This document shows positions 35,090-43,723 of a DNA stretch of 64,000 nucleotides, piece by piece. The stretch comes from Acidimicrobiia bacterium (lineage in GTDB: Bacteria; Actinomycetota; Acidimicrobiia; IMCC26256; PALSA-610), in the NCBI GenBank assembly GCA_038239145.1, contig JBBSFB010000004.1, positions 19,563-83,562 of the forward strand. The letters are read 5' to 3'. The notes beneath the pieces were generated by a model. That model searched no databases, had not been told where the DNA came from, and worked only from the letters and a program-made list of their open reading frames with translations. The stretch's first letter is position 1. Every line of letters begins with the position of its first letter. Position numbers and translations under genes: made by a program.

Positions 35090-36811
35090 GTGGTGGCCGA
35101 CGCTCCCGACGACCTGCCGAACGACCTGCCCGACGACATCGCCCGCGTCGAGTCGACGCTGCTGGGCAAGGGTGGCCCGTTCGAGGTTGGCGAGATCGAG
35201 GTCGGGGGGGTCACGATCCGCTCGTTCGAGAACCGCATCCGGACGCTGCGCGACCTACTACTGAAGTCGGTCGACTTCGGTGACGGCACGTACATGCTCG
35301 CGACCGACGGTACGAGCGAACGCCGGCTCACGTTCGCCGGGCACGCGCGCATCGTCGCGTCGGTCGCGGCCGCGCTCCGGGATCGCTACGACGTCAGGCC
35401 CGGCGACCGCGTCGCGATACTCGGTGCGAACTCGCCGGAATGGGTGATCGCGTTCTGGGCCGCGATCAGTCTCGGTGCGATCGCGGTCGGGCTGAACGGC
35501 TGGTCGACGGGACCCGAGATCGGGTACTTCGTCGACGACTGCGAACCCAAGGTGCTGGTCGCCGACCGCAAGCGCGTCGAGCGCATCGAAGGCGATCTCG
35601 GCGTGCCGCTGATCGTGATGGAGGACGACTTCGCCGAGCTCGAGGCGTACGCCCCCGATGCCGGCTTCGCCGAGATGGTTGTCGACGAGGACGATCCCGC
35701 GATCATCCTCTACACGTCGGGGACGACGGGGCGGCCGAAGGGTGCGATCAACACGCACCGCAACGTGGCGTCGTACCTGATGCTGAACTTCTACAACGGG
35801 GCGAAGGCGATGATGCTCGCCCCGCCGCCGGGACCCGACGATCCGCCGCCCCTCCCGACGTGCCAGCTCGTGTCGAGCCCATTGTTCCACGTGTCGGGCC
35901 TGCACAGCGCCGCGGTGATGATGCTCGCGACCGGTCTGAAGAGCGTCTGGTTGATGGGGCGCTTCGATCCCGCGGTCGCGATGCGCGTGATCGAAGAGGA
36001 ACGCTGCACCGGTTGGTCGTTCACGGAGACGCTGCTGCACCGGATGGTGAACTTCCCCGATGCCGACAAGTACGACCTGTCGAGCATCAAGAACGTCGGG
36101 GGCGGCGGTTCGCCGGTGTCGGCGTCGCTGATCGAGCGAACCCGCGAGATCTTCCCGAACGCACGGAACAGTGTCGGCATCGGCTACGGACAGACCGAGT
36201 GCGCGGCACTGGCCACGCTCAACAACGGTCAGGAGCTCATCGACTTCCCGCTGTCGGTCGGACGGCCGCTGCCGACTGTCGAGCTCGAGATCCGCGACCC
36301 GATGGGCGTCGCCGTGGCCGACGGTCTCGAAGGCGAAGTGTGCGTGCGCGGACCCATGGTGATGCCGGGCTACTGGCGTCGGCCGGAGGCGACCGCGGAG
36401 ACGATCACGGCCGATCGCTGGTTGCGCACGGGCGACATCGGCCGCATGGAAGGTGGCCGCCTCTATCTGTCGTCGCGCAAGCGCGACCTCATCTTCCGGG
36501 GCGGCGAGAACGTCTATCCGGTCGAGATCGAGAAGATCATCGAGGACCACCCCGACGTCGAGGAATGCGGCGTGATCGGCGTCGACGACCCGGAGCTCGG
36601 CCAGCGGGTCAAGGCCGTGATCGTGCCAAGGCTCGGGCACACGATCGACGTCGAGGCGGTGCGCGCGTGGTGCGCGACGCAACTCGCGTACTACAAGGTC
36701 CCGGAGCAGTGGGAGGTGCGTGAAGGATCGTTGCCGCGCAACGCCGCGGGCAAGATCCTGAAGGACGTGCTGCGAGACGCCGGGGCCGACACCGGCTTCG
36801 TCGAGGAGTAG
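35090..36811 (+). CDS. Acyl-CoA synthetase (AMP-forming, class I adenylate-forming enzyme)
   Basis: 573 aa with YTSGTTGRPKGA, GYGQTE, TGDIGRMEGGRLYLSSRKRDLI and the terminal PRNAAGKILK. Confidence 0.9.
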   Translation: MVADAPDDLPNDLPDDIARVESTLLGKGGPFEVGEIEVGGVTIRSFENRIRTLRDLLLKSVDFGDGTYMLATDGTSERRLTFAGHARIVASVAAALRDRYDVRPGDRVAILGANSPEWVIAFWAAISLGAIAVGLNGWSTGPEIGYFVDDCEPKVLVADRKRVERIEGDLGVPLIVMEDDFAELEAYAPDAGFAEMVVDEDDPAIILYTSGTTGRPKGAINTHRNVASYLMLNFYNGAKAMMLAPPPGPDDPPPLPTCQLVSSPLFHVSGLHSAAVMMLATGLKSVWLMGRFDPAVAMRVIEEERCTGWSFTETLLHRMVNFPDADKYDLSSIKNVGGGGSPVSASLIERTREIFPNARNSVGIGYGQTECAALATLNNGQELIDFPLSVGRPLPTVELEIRDPMGVAVADGLEGEVCVRGPMVMPGYWRRPEATAETITADRWLRTGDIGRMEGGRLYLSSRKRDLIFRGGENVYPVEIEKIIEDHPDVEECGVIGVDDPELGQRVKAVIVPRLGHTIDVEAVRAWCATQLAYYKVPEQWEVREGSLPRNAAGKILKDVLRDAGADTGFVEE

Positions 36812-36815
36812 GCGG

Positions 36816-37439
36816 ATGCCGCTCGACCTGCGTAGTCTCGTCGCGTCCGAGCACACCGCGCTCGTGCTGCAGGAAGTGCAGAACGGTGTGGTCGGATCAC
36901 CGTCGGCGCTGCCCGCGCTCGCGGAAGCCGCCGCGGCGGTTGATCTGATCGGGAACTGCGCGCGCCTCGCCCGGGCCGCGCGTGAGGTCGGGGTAACCGT
37001 CGTGCACTGCACTGCGGAGACGCGCGACGACGGCCGCGGCGCCAACCGCAACGCGCGCCTGTTCGCGGGCGTGAGGAAGTCGGCGGTCCGGCTCTCGCCC
37101 GGCAGTGACGCGGTGCAGGTTCCCGCCGAGATCGGGGTCGACCCGCGGGATCTCGTGTTGCCCCGCTACCACGGTCTGGGTCCGATGACGGGAACGCAAC
37201 TCGACTCGATCCTGCGCAACCTCGGTATCACCACGATCGTCGGCGTCGGCGTCTCGGTGAACATCGGGATGACCGATTTCGCCTTCGACGCGGTCAACCG
37301 CGGGTACCAGATGGTCATGCCCCGCGACGGTGTCGCCGGGGTTCCGCCCGCGTACGCCGACGCCGTGCTCGACAACACGCTCGCCCTTGTTGCAACCCTC
37401 ACGACCACCACCGACGTCCTGGCGGCCTGGGCCTCGTGA
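36816..37439 (+). CDS. Isochorismatase-family cysteine hydrolase
   Basis: 207 aa with TALVLQEVQNG and ITTIVGVGVSVNIGMTDFAFDAVNRGY. It starts 4 nt after the upstream stop. Confidence 0.8.
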   Translation: MPLDLRSLVASEHTALVLQEVQNGVVGSPSALPALAEAAAAVDLIGNCARLARAAREVGVTVVHCTAETRDDGRGANRNARLFAGVRKSAVRLSPGSDAVQVPAEIGVDPRDLVLPRYHGLGPMTGTQLDSILRNLGITTIVGVGVSVNIGMTDFAFDAVNRGYQMVMPRDGVAGVPPAYADAVLDNTLALVATLTTTTDVLAAWAS

Positions 37440-37491
37440 CCGGGCCGTTGTGACCGGGCCCGGCCCGAATCGCCGCATGTAGCCTGGGCCG

Positions 37492-38703
37492 ATGGCGCCG
37501 CAGATTCCCCGCATCATCTCCGTCGACGATCACGTCATCGAGCCGCCCAACGTGTGGCAGGACCGGTTGCCGGAGAAGTTCAAGGCGGTCGGGCCGCGCA
37601 TCGAGCGGCGCAAGGTCAAGAACATGAGCTACGTCGGCGGCGTGTTCAGCTACGACACCGCGAGCGAGAACGAAGACGGCACCTGGTGCGACTGGTGGCT
37701 CGTAGAAGACCTGCAGTACCCGCTCACGCGTCTCTCGGCCGCGGCGGGGTACCCGCGCGACGAGATCACGGTCAGCCCCATCACCATGGACGACATGCGC
37801 AAGGGCTGTTGGGATCAGAAGGCGCGGCTCGAGGACATGGACGTGAACCACGTCGAGGCGTCGCTCGCGTTCCCGAGCTTCCCGCGCTTTTGCGGGCAGA
37901 CCTTCACCGAGCGCAAGGACCACGTTCTCGGCGATCTCTGCGTCAAGGCGTACAACGACTGGATGCTCGACGAGTGGTGCGCGGGCACGAAGGACCGCCT
38001 CATCCCGTTGATCATCGTGCAGCTCTGGGACCCGGCGCTCGCGGCGGCGGAGGTGCGGCGCAACGCGGCCAAGGGCTGTCACGCGGTCACGTTCTCGGAG
38101 ATCCCCGCGTTCCTCGGTCTGCCGTCGATGCACGACAAGAACGGGTGGTGGGACCCGTTCCTCCAGGCGTGCGAAGAGACAGACACCGTGGTGTGCATGC
38201 ACATCGGATCATCGTCGAAGATGCCGTCGACCTCACTCGACGCGCCCGCCGCGGTCAGCAGCACGCTCACATACATGAACGCGGCGATGTCGATGACCGA
38301 CTGGTTGATGTCGGGTCTGTTCGAGAAGTTCCCCCGGCTGAAGATCGCGTACAGCGAAGGTCAGATCGGCTGGATCCCCTACGTGCTCGAGCGTGCCGAC
38401 AAGGTGTGGGAGGACAACCGGGGTTGGGGCGGGGTGGCCGACAAGGTCCTGCGCCCGCCGTCGGAGTACTACTACGAAAGCGTCTACGGCTGTTTCTTCG
38501 ACGACGCGCACGGCCTGAAGAATCTCGAAGCCGTCGGTGAGAACAACGTGACGTTCGAGACCGACTACCCGCACAGCGACTCCACCTGGCCGCACACCAA
38601 GAAGATCGCGGAGGAGATCATGAAGGATCTCACCCAGGAGCAAGTCGACAAGATCTGCCGTACCAACGCGATCGAGATGCTGCACCTCGATCTCGAATCC
38701 TGA
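37492..38703 (+). CDS. Amidohydrolase-2 (ACMSD-like metal-dependent hydrolase) family protein
   Basis: 403 aa with IISVDDHVIEPPNVW, MDVNHVEASLAFPS and FETDYPHSDSTWP. Confidence 0.85.
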   Translation: MAPQIPRIISVDDHVIEPPNVWQDRLPEKFKAVGPRIERRKVKNMSYVGGVFSYDTASENEDGTWCDWWLVEDLQYPLTRLSAAAGYPRDEITVSPITMDDMRKGCWDQKARLEDMDVNHVEASLAFPSFPRFCGQTFTERKDHVLGDLCVKAYNDWMLDEWCAGTKDRLIPLIIVQLWDPALAAAEVRRNAAKGCHAVTFSEIPAFLGLPSMHDKNGWWDPFLQACEETDTVVCMHIGSSSKMPSTSLDAPAAVSSTLTYMNAAMSMTDWLMSGLFEKFPRLKIAYSEGQIGWIPYVLERADKVWEDNRGWGGVADKVLRPPSEYYYESVYGCFFDDAHGLKNLEAVGENNVTFETDYPHSDSTWPHTKKIAEEIMKDLTQEQVDKICRTNAIEMLHLDLES

Positions 38704-38713
38704 ACTCTTCGAC

Positions 38714-39301
38714 ATGCGGGACAAGGCCGGGAGACCGCGCCGCGGGATCTCCGCGGTCGTCGTCGTTGCGTTCGGACTCGCAGCGTTCGGATTCGTTCCG
38801 CCAAACCGGCCGCCGCGGTCGGCTCGAGTCGGTCGCTCGCGACCGATCCGATCACCGCGAACGTCGCGACCGGGTGGAAGTACCTCCTGGCGAACACGAC
38901 GCTCACGCGGGTCCAGATCGCGGGGCTCGAAGGCAATCGGCTGTACGAGCCCGGCGGTGCTCTGAATCCTGCGCAAATCGAGTTCGGCTGCCACGTACCT
39001 CCGGGCCCGTGCGGTGTCGGCATCGCGCAGTGGACCGATCCGGGCGCGCTTCACCGGCCTCGTCGCCTTGGCCCACGGCAGGCACGTCTCGTGGGCGACG
39101 CTTGCCGTGCAACTGCAATACGTCGGGCAGGAGTTGACCCGCAGCCCCGGGGTTGGGCTCGCGTCGCTGCGGGCCTGCACGACGGGCAGCTGTGCGACCC
39201 GTGTGGTCGAGACCGCATACGAGCGCCCGACCGACGATCTCGTTCCCATCGGCGAGCCGCATGCAAAAGGACGCATTCGGATCGGACGACCGATGCGATG
39301 A
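38714..39301 (+). pseudogene. Secreted phage-tail-lysozyme-like (lysozyme-fold) protein, two frameshifts
   Basis: - Signal-like start MRDKAGRPRRGISAVVVVAFGLAAFGFVPP in frame 1.
- Protein-like sequence continues in another frame after ~38803: KPAAAVGSSRS...GLEGNRLYEPGG...CGVGIAQWTDP.
- It continues in a third frame after ~39042: ARFTGLVALAHGRHVSWATLAVQLQYVGQEL...AYERP.
- Both switches sit at short homopolymer runs (AAA, GGG). Confidence 0.55.
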
Positions 39302-39510
39302 TCGGGCCATTCAGCGCGATCACGGATAGGTCGCCGTAGAAGCGGCGGCGGGTTCAGCTTCGGGACGCGCGCTTCCACGGCTCGACCGGGAACCTTCTGC
39401 TCAACCGAACGGTCGTCGGCATCGCCCGCGTTCACGATCTCCTGAGTCGCGTTCCCAGGGGCGGCCGAGCGGGTAGTCGGGCAAAAAGAGAACGCGTTAC
39501 AGTTCCGCTC

Positions 39511-40968
39511 ATGGCAGCACCTCAGCTCTTGATCGGTGGGGAGTGGGTCGACGGCGCCGACGGCGGCTACGAGATCGTCAATCCCGCGACCGAAGACGTG
39601 GTCGGGATCGCCCCCGAAGCGTCCGAGCAGCAAGCGCTCGACGCGGCGCGGGCGGCCCAGGACGCGTTTCCCGCTTGGTCGCAGACCTCGCCCGAAGTGC
39701 GAGCCAATCTGCTCCAGGCCGTCGCCGACGCGATGCGCGACAAGTTCGACGCGCTGTTGCCGTTGGTGATCGCGGAGACGGGATGCACCGCGGTCGTCGG
39801 CAAGCAGATGCAGGTACCGCAGGCACGAGTGCGCTTCGAGACCTATTCGCGCATGGCGTACGACGCGAACGTGATCCCGCTCCCGCCGATGGAGATGCCG
39901 GGAACCGCGCTCGCCCCCGGCGGTCTGATGGGTGCGATCGCACGCCGTCAGCCGGTCGGTGCCGTCGCCGCGATCACGCCGTACAACTTCCCGGTCGTCA
40001 ATATGGCCGGAAAGCTCGGGCCCGCGCTCGCCATGGGCAACACAGTGGTCGTTCGGCCCGCGTCGCAGAATCCGCTCGCGGTGATCGAGCTCGTCCGCAT
40101 TATGCACGAGGTGGGCTTCCCGCCGGGCGTCGTCAACGTCGTCACCGGATCGACGCCCGCGACCGGCGAAGCGCTCGTCGCGACACGCGACATCGACATG
40201 GTGTCGTTCACGGGTTCGACCGGAGTCGGGATACGCATCGGCGAGGTCGGCGGCCGCACGATGAAGCGGCTGCTGCTCGAGCTCGGCGGCAAGGGCGGCG
40301 CGCTCGTCTACGACGACGCGAACCTGAAGACCGCGATCGGCATGATCGGCTCGACGTGGACCTTCCACTCCGGACAGATCTGCACCGCGCCGACGCGAGC
40401 GATCGTGCAGAGGGGTGTGTACGACCAGGTCGTCGAAGGCCTCACGAAGATGGCGAACGCGTTGAAGGTCGGCGACCCCTACGAGCCCGAAACGGTGCTC
40501 GGACCGGTCATCACCGCGTCCCATCGTGATCGCGTCGAGAGTTACGTCGCAGCCGGCCGCGCCGAAGGCGCCGAGGTCATGGCGGGCGGCAGCCGACCCG
40601 AGAAGCCCGACACCGGTTTCTACGTCTCGCCGACGTTGTTGGCCGGATGCTCGCTCGAGATGAAGGTCGTGCAGGAGGAGATCTTCGGACCGGTGGTCGT
40701 GGTGCTCCCGTTCGACGACGAGGACGAAGGCATCGCGCTGATGAACGGCACCGACTTTGGCCTCTACGACTACGTCTTCAGCGCCGACACGAACAAGGCG
40801 TTCCGTGCGAGCAAGCGGCTGCGGGCCGGGAACATCGGGATCAACACGACCCAGCGCAACCACAACACGCCCTTCGGCGGCACCAAGTTCAGCGGTGTCG
40901 GTCGCGACGGCGGCGCCTTCGGGCTCCAGGCGTACAGCGATCTGCAGTCGGTCGTCTGGCCCGGCTGA
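39511..40968 (+). CDS. Aldehyde dehydrogenase family protein
   Basis: 485 aa with ITPYNFP, LELGGKG, GQICTAPTR and EEIFGPV. Confidence 0.9.
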   Translation: MAAPQLLIGGEWVDGADGGYEIVNPATEDVVGIAPEASEQQALDAARAAQDAFPAWSQTSPEVRANLLQAVADAMRDKFDALLPLVIAETGCTAVVGKQMQVPQARVRFETYSRMAYDANVIPLPPMEMPGTALAPGGLMGAIARRQPVGAVAAITPYNFPVVNMAGKLGPALAMGNTVVVRPASQNPLAVIELVRIMHEVGFPPGVVNVVTGSTPATGEALVATRDIDMVSFTGSTGVGIRIGEVGGRTMKRLLLELGGKGGALVYDDANLKTAIGMIGSTWTFHSGQICTAPTRAIVQRGVYDQVVEGLTKMANALKVGDPYEPETVLGPVITASHRDRVESYVAAGRAEGAEVMAGGSRPEKPDTGFYVSPTLLAGCSLEMKVVQEEIFGPVVVVLPFDDEDEGIALMNGTDFGLYDYVFSADTNKAFRASKRLRAGNIGINTTQRNHNTPFGGTKFSGVGRDGGAFGLQAYSDLQSVVWPG

Positions 40969-41945
40969 TGGCGACGGACTCGTCCACCGTTTCGCACACG
41001 GTCTCGGTCGTTCCCGACGGCGTCCTCGCCTACGGGATGCAGCTGCCGGTGCAAGCGCTGTCGGTGCGCGTCTCGATGCCGTGGGAGCAGGAGGCCTCGG
41101 TCGACGACATGGTGCGGGTCGCGCAAGCCGCCGATGGGGCCGGATTCCTCTACGTCGCCGTGTGTCATCACGTCGCGATCCCGCACGAGCCCGCGGAGAT
41201 GATGTCGACGCAGTGGTTCGACCCGATCGCAACGCTCGGGTATCTCGCGGCGCACACGACTCGTACGCGGCTGATGACCAACGTGTTCATCGCCGCGTAC
41301 CAACCGCCCCTCACCGCCGCCAAAGCGTTCGCAACGCTCGACCGCCTCTCCAACGGCCGCATGATCGTGGGGATCGGCGCCGGCCACGTCGAGGGTGAGT
41401 TCGACGCGCTCGGTGTCTCCTTCGCGGAGAGGGGCAAGCGCACCGACGCCGCCCTCGCGGTTCTTGCCGACGCGCTGACGAACGAATGGACGACCCCGCC
41501 GTCGGGCGAAGAGGTGGGCCAACGCCCGCGTCCGGTACAGCTGCCGCACCCGCCCATCTGGATCGGCGGGTCGGGCAAGCCCGCGTTGCGGCGGGTGGCG
41601 ACGATGGCTGACGGCTGGATCCCGCAGGCGACCTCGCTCGAGCAACTGCCCGACGACATCGCGACCATCCTGCGTGAGCGCGACCGGGTTCGGCCGGGCG
41701 CGGTACCGGAGATCGGGTACCACCTCGTTGCGCACGTCGGTGAGCCCACGTGGGACCTGCCGAAAGGTGTGATGCACGGATCGCCCGATCGCATCGCGGA
41801 GTTCGCGAACACCCGCCTCGGCGCGATCGGCGTGTCGCACCTGCAGGTCCGTCTGTTCGCACGGGATGCGGCCGAGCACTGCGACCAGATCGCGGCGTTC
41901 GGCGCCGAAGTCGGACCACATCTCGTTCGCACGAACCTCTCCTGA
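40968..41945 (+). CDS. LLM-class F420-dependent oxidoreductase
   Basis: ORF trimmed to the ATG at 40968, which overlaps the ALDH TGA by 1 nt. Contains RMIVGIGAGHVEGEFDALGV and HPPIWIGGSGKPALRRVATMADGWIP. Paralog of 50324-51217. Confidence 0.85.
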   Translation: MATDSSTVSHTVSVVPDGVLAYGMQLPVQALSVRVSMPWEQEASVDDMVRVAQAADGAGFLYVAVCHHVAIPHEPAEMMSTQWFDPIATLGYLAAHTTRTRLMTNVFIAAYQPPLTAAKAFATLDRLSNGRMIVGIGAGHVEGEFDALGVSFAERGKRTDAALAVLADALTNEWTTPPSGEEVGQRPRPVQLPHPPIWIGGSGKPALRRVATMADGWIPQATSLEQLPDDIATILRERDRVRPGAVPEIGYHLVAHVGEPTWDLPKGVMHGSPDRIAEFANTRLGAIGVSHLQVRLFARDAAEHCDQIAAFGAEVGPHLVRTNLS

Positions 41946-41973
41946 CTCTTCCGGCTCGACGTAAAGGACCCGA

Positions 41974-42963
41974 ATGGCGTTTCTCTCGATGCGGCAGGAT
42001 TTCCGCGCCCCGGCGTTCGCGCCCGAGTCGTCGCAGGAGATCTACGCGACCGCGCTCGAGCAGTTCGCGTGGGCCGACGAACACGGTTTCGATTCGCTCG
42101 TGCTTTCCGAACATCACGGCGTCGACGACGGCTGGATGCCCGCTCCGCTCACGATGGCCGCGGCCGTGCTCGCCCGGACTACCCGCGCGCGTCTGATGAT
42201 CAGCGCCGCGATCCTCCCGCTGCACGACCCGATCCGTATCGCCGAACAGATCGCGGTGCTCGACAACGCGTTCCCGGGGCGCATGTGGGTCGTGTTCGGC
42301 GCCGGGTATCGCGTCGAGGAGTTCGAGATGGCCGGAATGGAGCACGCGGCGCGCGGCCGCGTCCTCGAGGACTACGTCGGCAGTGTCCTCGAAGCACTGA
42401 CGGGGGAGACCTTCGACTGGCGTGGTCGCGATGTGCTCGTCACTCCCAAGCCCGTCTCCGACCCGCGCCGCATGCTCTTCGTCGGCGGCGGAGTCCCTGC
42501 CGCCGCCCGCCGGGCGGCCCGGCTCCGGCTCGCGATGTTCCCGATGAACTCCGACACGGTCGTGCGGGAGGCGTACTTCGACGAGGCGGAGAAGATCGGG
42601 TTCACGGGCGGCTTCATCCTCCAACCCGTCGGCCCCACCTTCGTGCACGTTGCCGACGACCCCGAGCAGGCTTGGGCAGAGATCGGGAAGTACGTGCTCT
42701 ACGAAGCGCAGACGTACGCGTCGTTCCAGACGCCGGGCCAGCACTCGACACCAGGAGTGCATGCGGCATCTGTCGACGACCTCAAGGCGTCGGCCCAGTA
42801 CGTGGTGGGGACACCTGACGAGGTGTACGAGCGGCTGCGGGACGTCCCCGGGAACGGCGGGATCGTCTTCAACCCGCTGGCGGGGGGCCTGCCGTCGGAG
42901 CTGGCGTGGTCGAGTCTCGAGCTGTTCGCGGCCCAGGTGCTGCCCCGACTCCGGAAGCTCTAG
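41974..42963 (+). CDS. LLM-class flavin/F420-dependent oxidoreductase
   Basis: 329 aa with FDSLVLSEHHG and MWVVFGAGYRVEEFEMAG. Confidence 0.85.
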   Translation: MAFLSMRQDFRAPAFAPESSQEIYATALEQFAWADEHGFDSLVLSEHHGVDDGWMPAPLTMAAAVLARTTRARLMISAAILPLHDPIRIAEQIAVLDNAFPGRMWVVFGAGYRVEEFEMAGMEHAARGRVLEDYVGSVLEALTGETFDWRGRDVLVTPKPVSDPRRMLFVGGGVPAAARRAARLRLAMFPMNSDTVVREAYFDEAEKIGFTGGFILQPVGPTFVHVADDPEQAWAEIGKYVLYEAQTYASFQTPGQHSTPGVHAASVDDLKASAQYVVGTPDEVYERLRDVPGNGGIVFNPLAGGLPSELAWSSLELFAAQVLPRLRKL

Positions 42964-43008
42964 GTCTCCTGCCCAGAAGCTCTAGGTCTCCTGCCCAGAA
43001 GCTCTAGG
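42954..43008. repeat. Perfect 22-bp tandem repeat (2.5 copies) spanning the stop codon of 41974-42963
   Basis: The unit gaagctctaggtctcctgccca occurs at 42954 and 42976, with a partial copy at 42998. The palindrome CTAG recurs at 42960, 42982 and 43004. Confidence 0.95.
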
Positions 43009-43075
43009 CAGCGGTCCGATTTGGGCGTACCGTCCCTCACAACCCCTCGTCGGATGTCCGGTCCAGGAGGTCAGT

Positions 43076-43597
43076 GTGGCTCGGTATCGCAACTTTGACG
43101 GTGCCCTCGGCGCCGGCTCCGATACGCAGGCGATGAATCCTGCGCTGGACGACGTCCGGTTGCGCCGGGCGGGCCTGAAGGCGGCGCTCAGCGATCTCGA
43201 GCTCGCGCTCGCGGCGCCGTTCGCGAACCGGGTCGACTGGGTGACGCACGTGCGGGAGGCGTTGAGTGCCGTGCACGACGTGTGGACCCGCCACATCGCG
43301 GCGACGGAAGCGCCGGGCGCGTTCCTCGACGAGCTCGTCACGGAGTCACCCCGGCTGTCGTCGCCGACCGCGCACCTGCGCCGCGACCACAACGACATCC
43401 TTGCCACCATCGTGCGCGCACAGAACGGTCTCGCAAACCCTCCCGACGACGATACGCCCGACGACCAGAGGTACGTCGCCTGGGCGGAGGAGATCCGCGT
43501 CGACCTCACCGCGTTGCTCGCGGCGTTGGCCCGCCATCGCCAGCGCGGCGCCGACCTGGTGTACGAGGCCTACGCCGTCGACCTCGGCGGCGGCTGA
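43076..43597 (+). CDS. Hypothetical helical protein (possibly hemerythrin-like)
   Basis: 173 aa with a GTG start preceded by GGAGG. It is helix-rich, with several His/Glu/Asp pairs (HDVWTRHIAATE, HLRRDHND). The family call is not secure. Confidence 0.55.
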   Translation: MARYRNFDGALGAGSDTQAMNPALDDVRLRRAGLKAALSDLELALAAPFANRVDWVTHVREALSAVHDVWTRHIAATEAPGAFLDELVTESPRLSSPTAHLRRDHNDILATIVRAQNGLANPPDDDTPDDQRYVAWAEEIRVDLTALLAALARHRQRGADLVYEAYAVDLGGG

Positions 43598-43612
43598 AAA
43601 ACACCACCAACA

Positions 43613-43655
43613 GTTGTCGGAGTTCTCGGCTGCATATACCGACAACTCCGACAAC
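43613..43655. terminator. Strong hairpin between convergent genes (candidate bidirectional terminator)
   Basis: A perfect 12-bp stem, GTTGTCGGAGTT (43613-43624) with AACTCCGACAAC (43644-43655), is extended by 4 further pairs after one mismatch. On the minus strand a T5 run follows about 12 nt downstream. Confidence 0.5.
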
Positions 43656-43659
43656 AGAT

Positions 43660-43723
43660 GGTGACTTCCCCGAGGTACGTGGTCACTTCCCGAGGTACGT
43701 GGTGGTCACTTTCCGAGGTCAGT
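43660..43723. repeat. Three imperfect ~21-bp direct repeats in or at the convergent intergenic region
   Basis: ggtgacttccccgaggtacgt / ggtcacttcccgaggtacgt / ggtggtcactttccgaggtcagt. The last copy contains the stop codon of the Rieske gene. Confidence 0.8.

Noticed and set aside
39490-39505. GAAC...GTTC motif upstream of the ALDH gene, considered as a LexA/Cheo-type SOS box.
   Set aside because: The spacing is N8 (gaac-gcgttaca-gttc), not the N4 of the GAAC-N4-GTTC box, and the downstream gene is not SOS-related.
38233-41232. 999-aa minus-strand ORF, the longest non-composite ORF in the track.
   Set aside because: It is antisense to four well-supported plus-strand genes (amidohydrolase, lysozyme-like, ALDH, LLM). 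The translation is Arg/Pro/Gly/Asp-rich low-complexity sequence with no recognisable motif. This is a typical stop-poor shadow frame in high-GC DNA.
42954-43008. Whether any of the tandem repeats (42954-43008, 43660-43723, 58607-58648) could be a CRISPR array.
   Set aside because: The units are directly adjacent with no unique spacers, and there are only 2.5-3 copies of 14-22 bp. No cas genes are present anywhere in the window.
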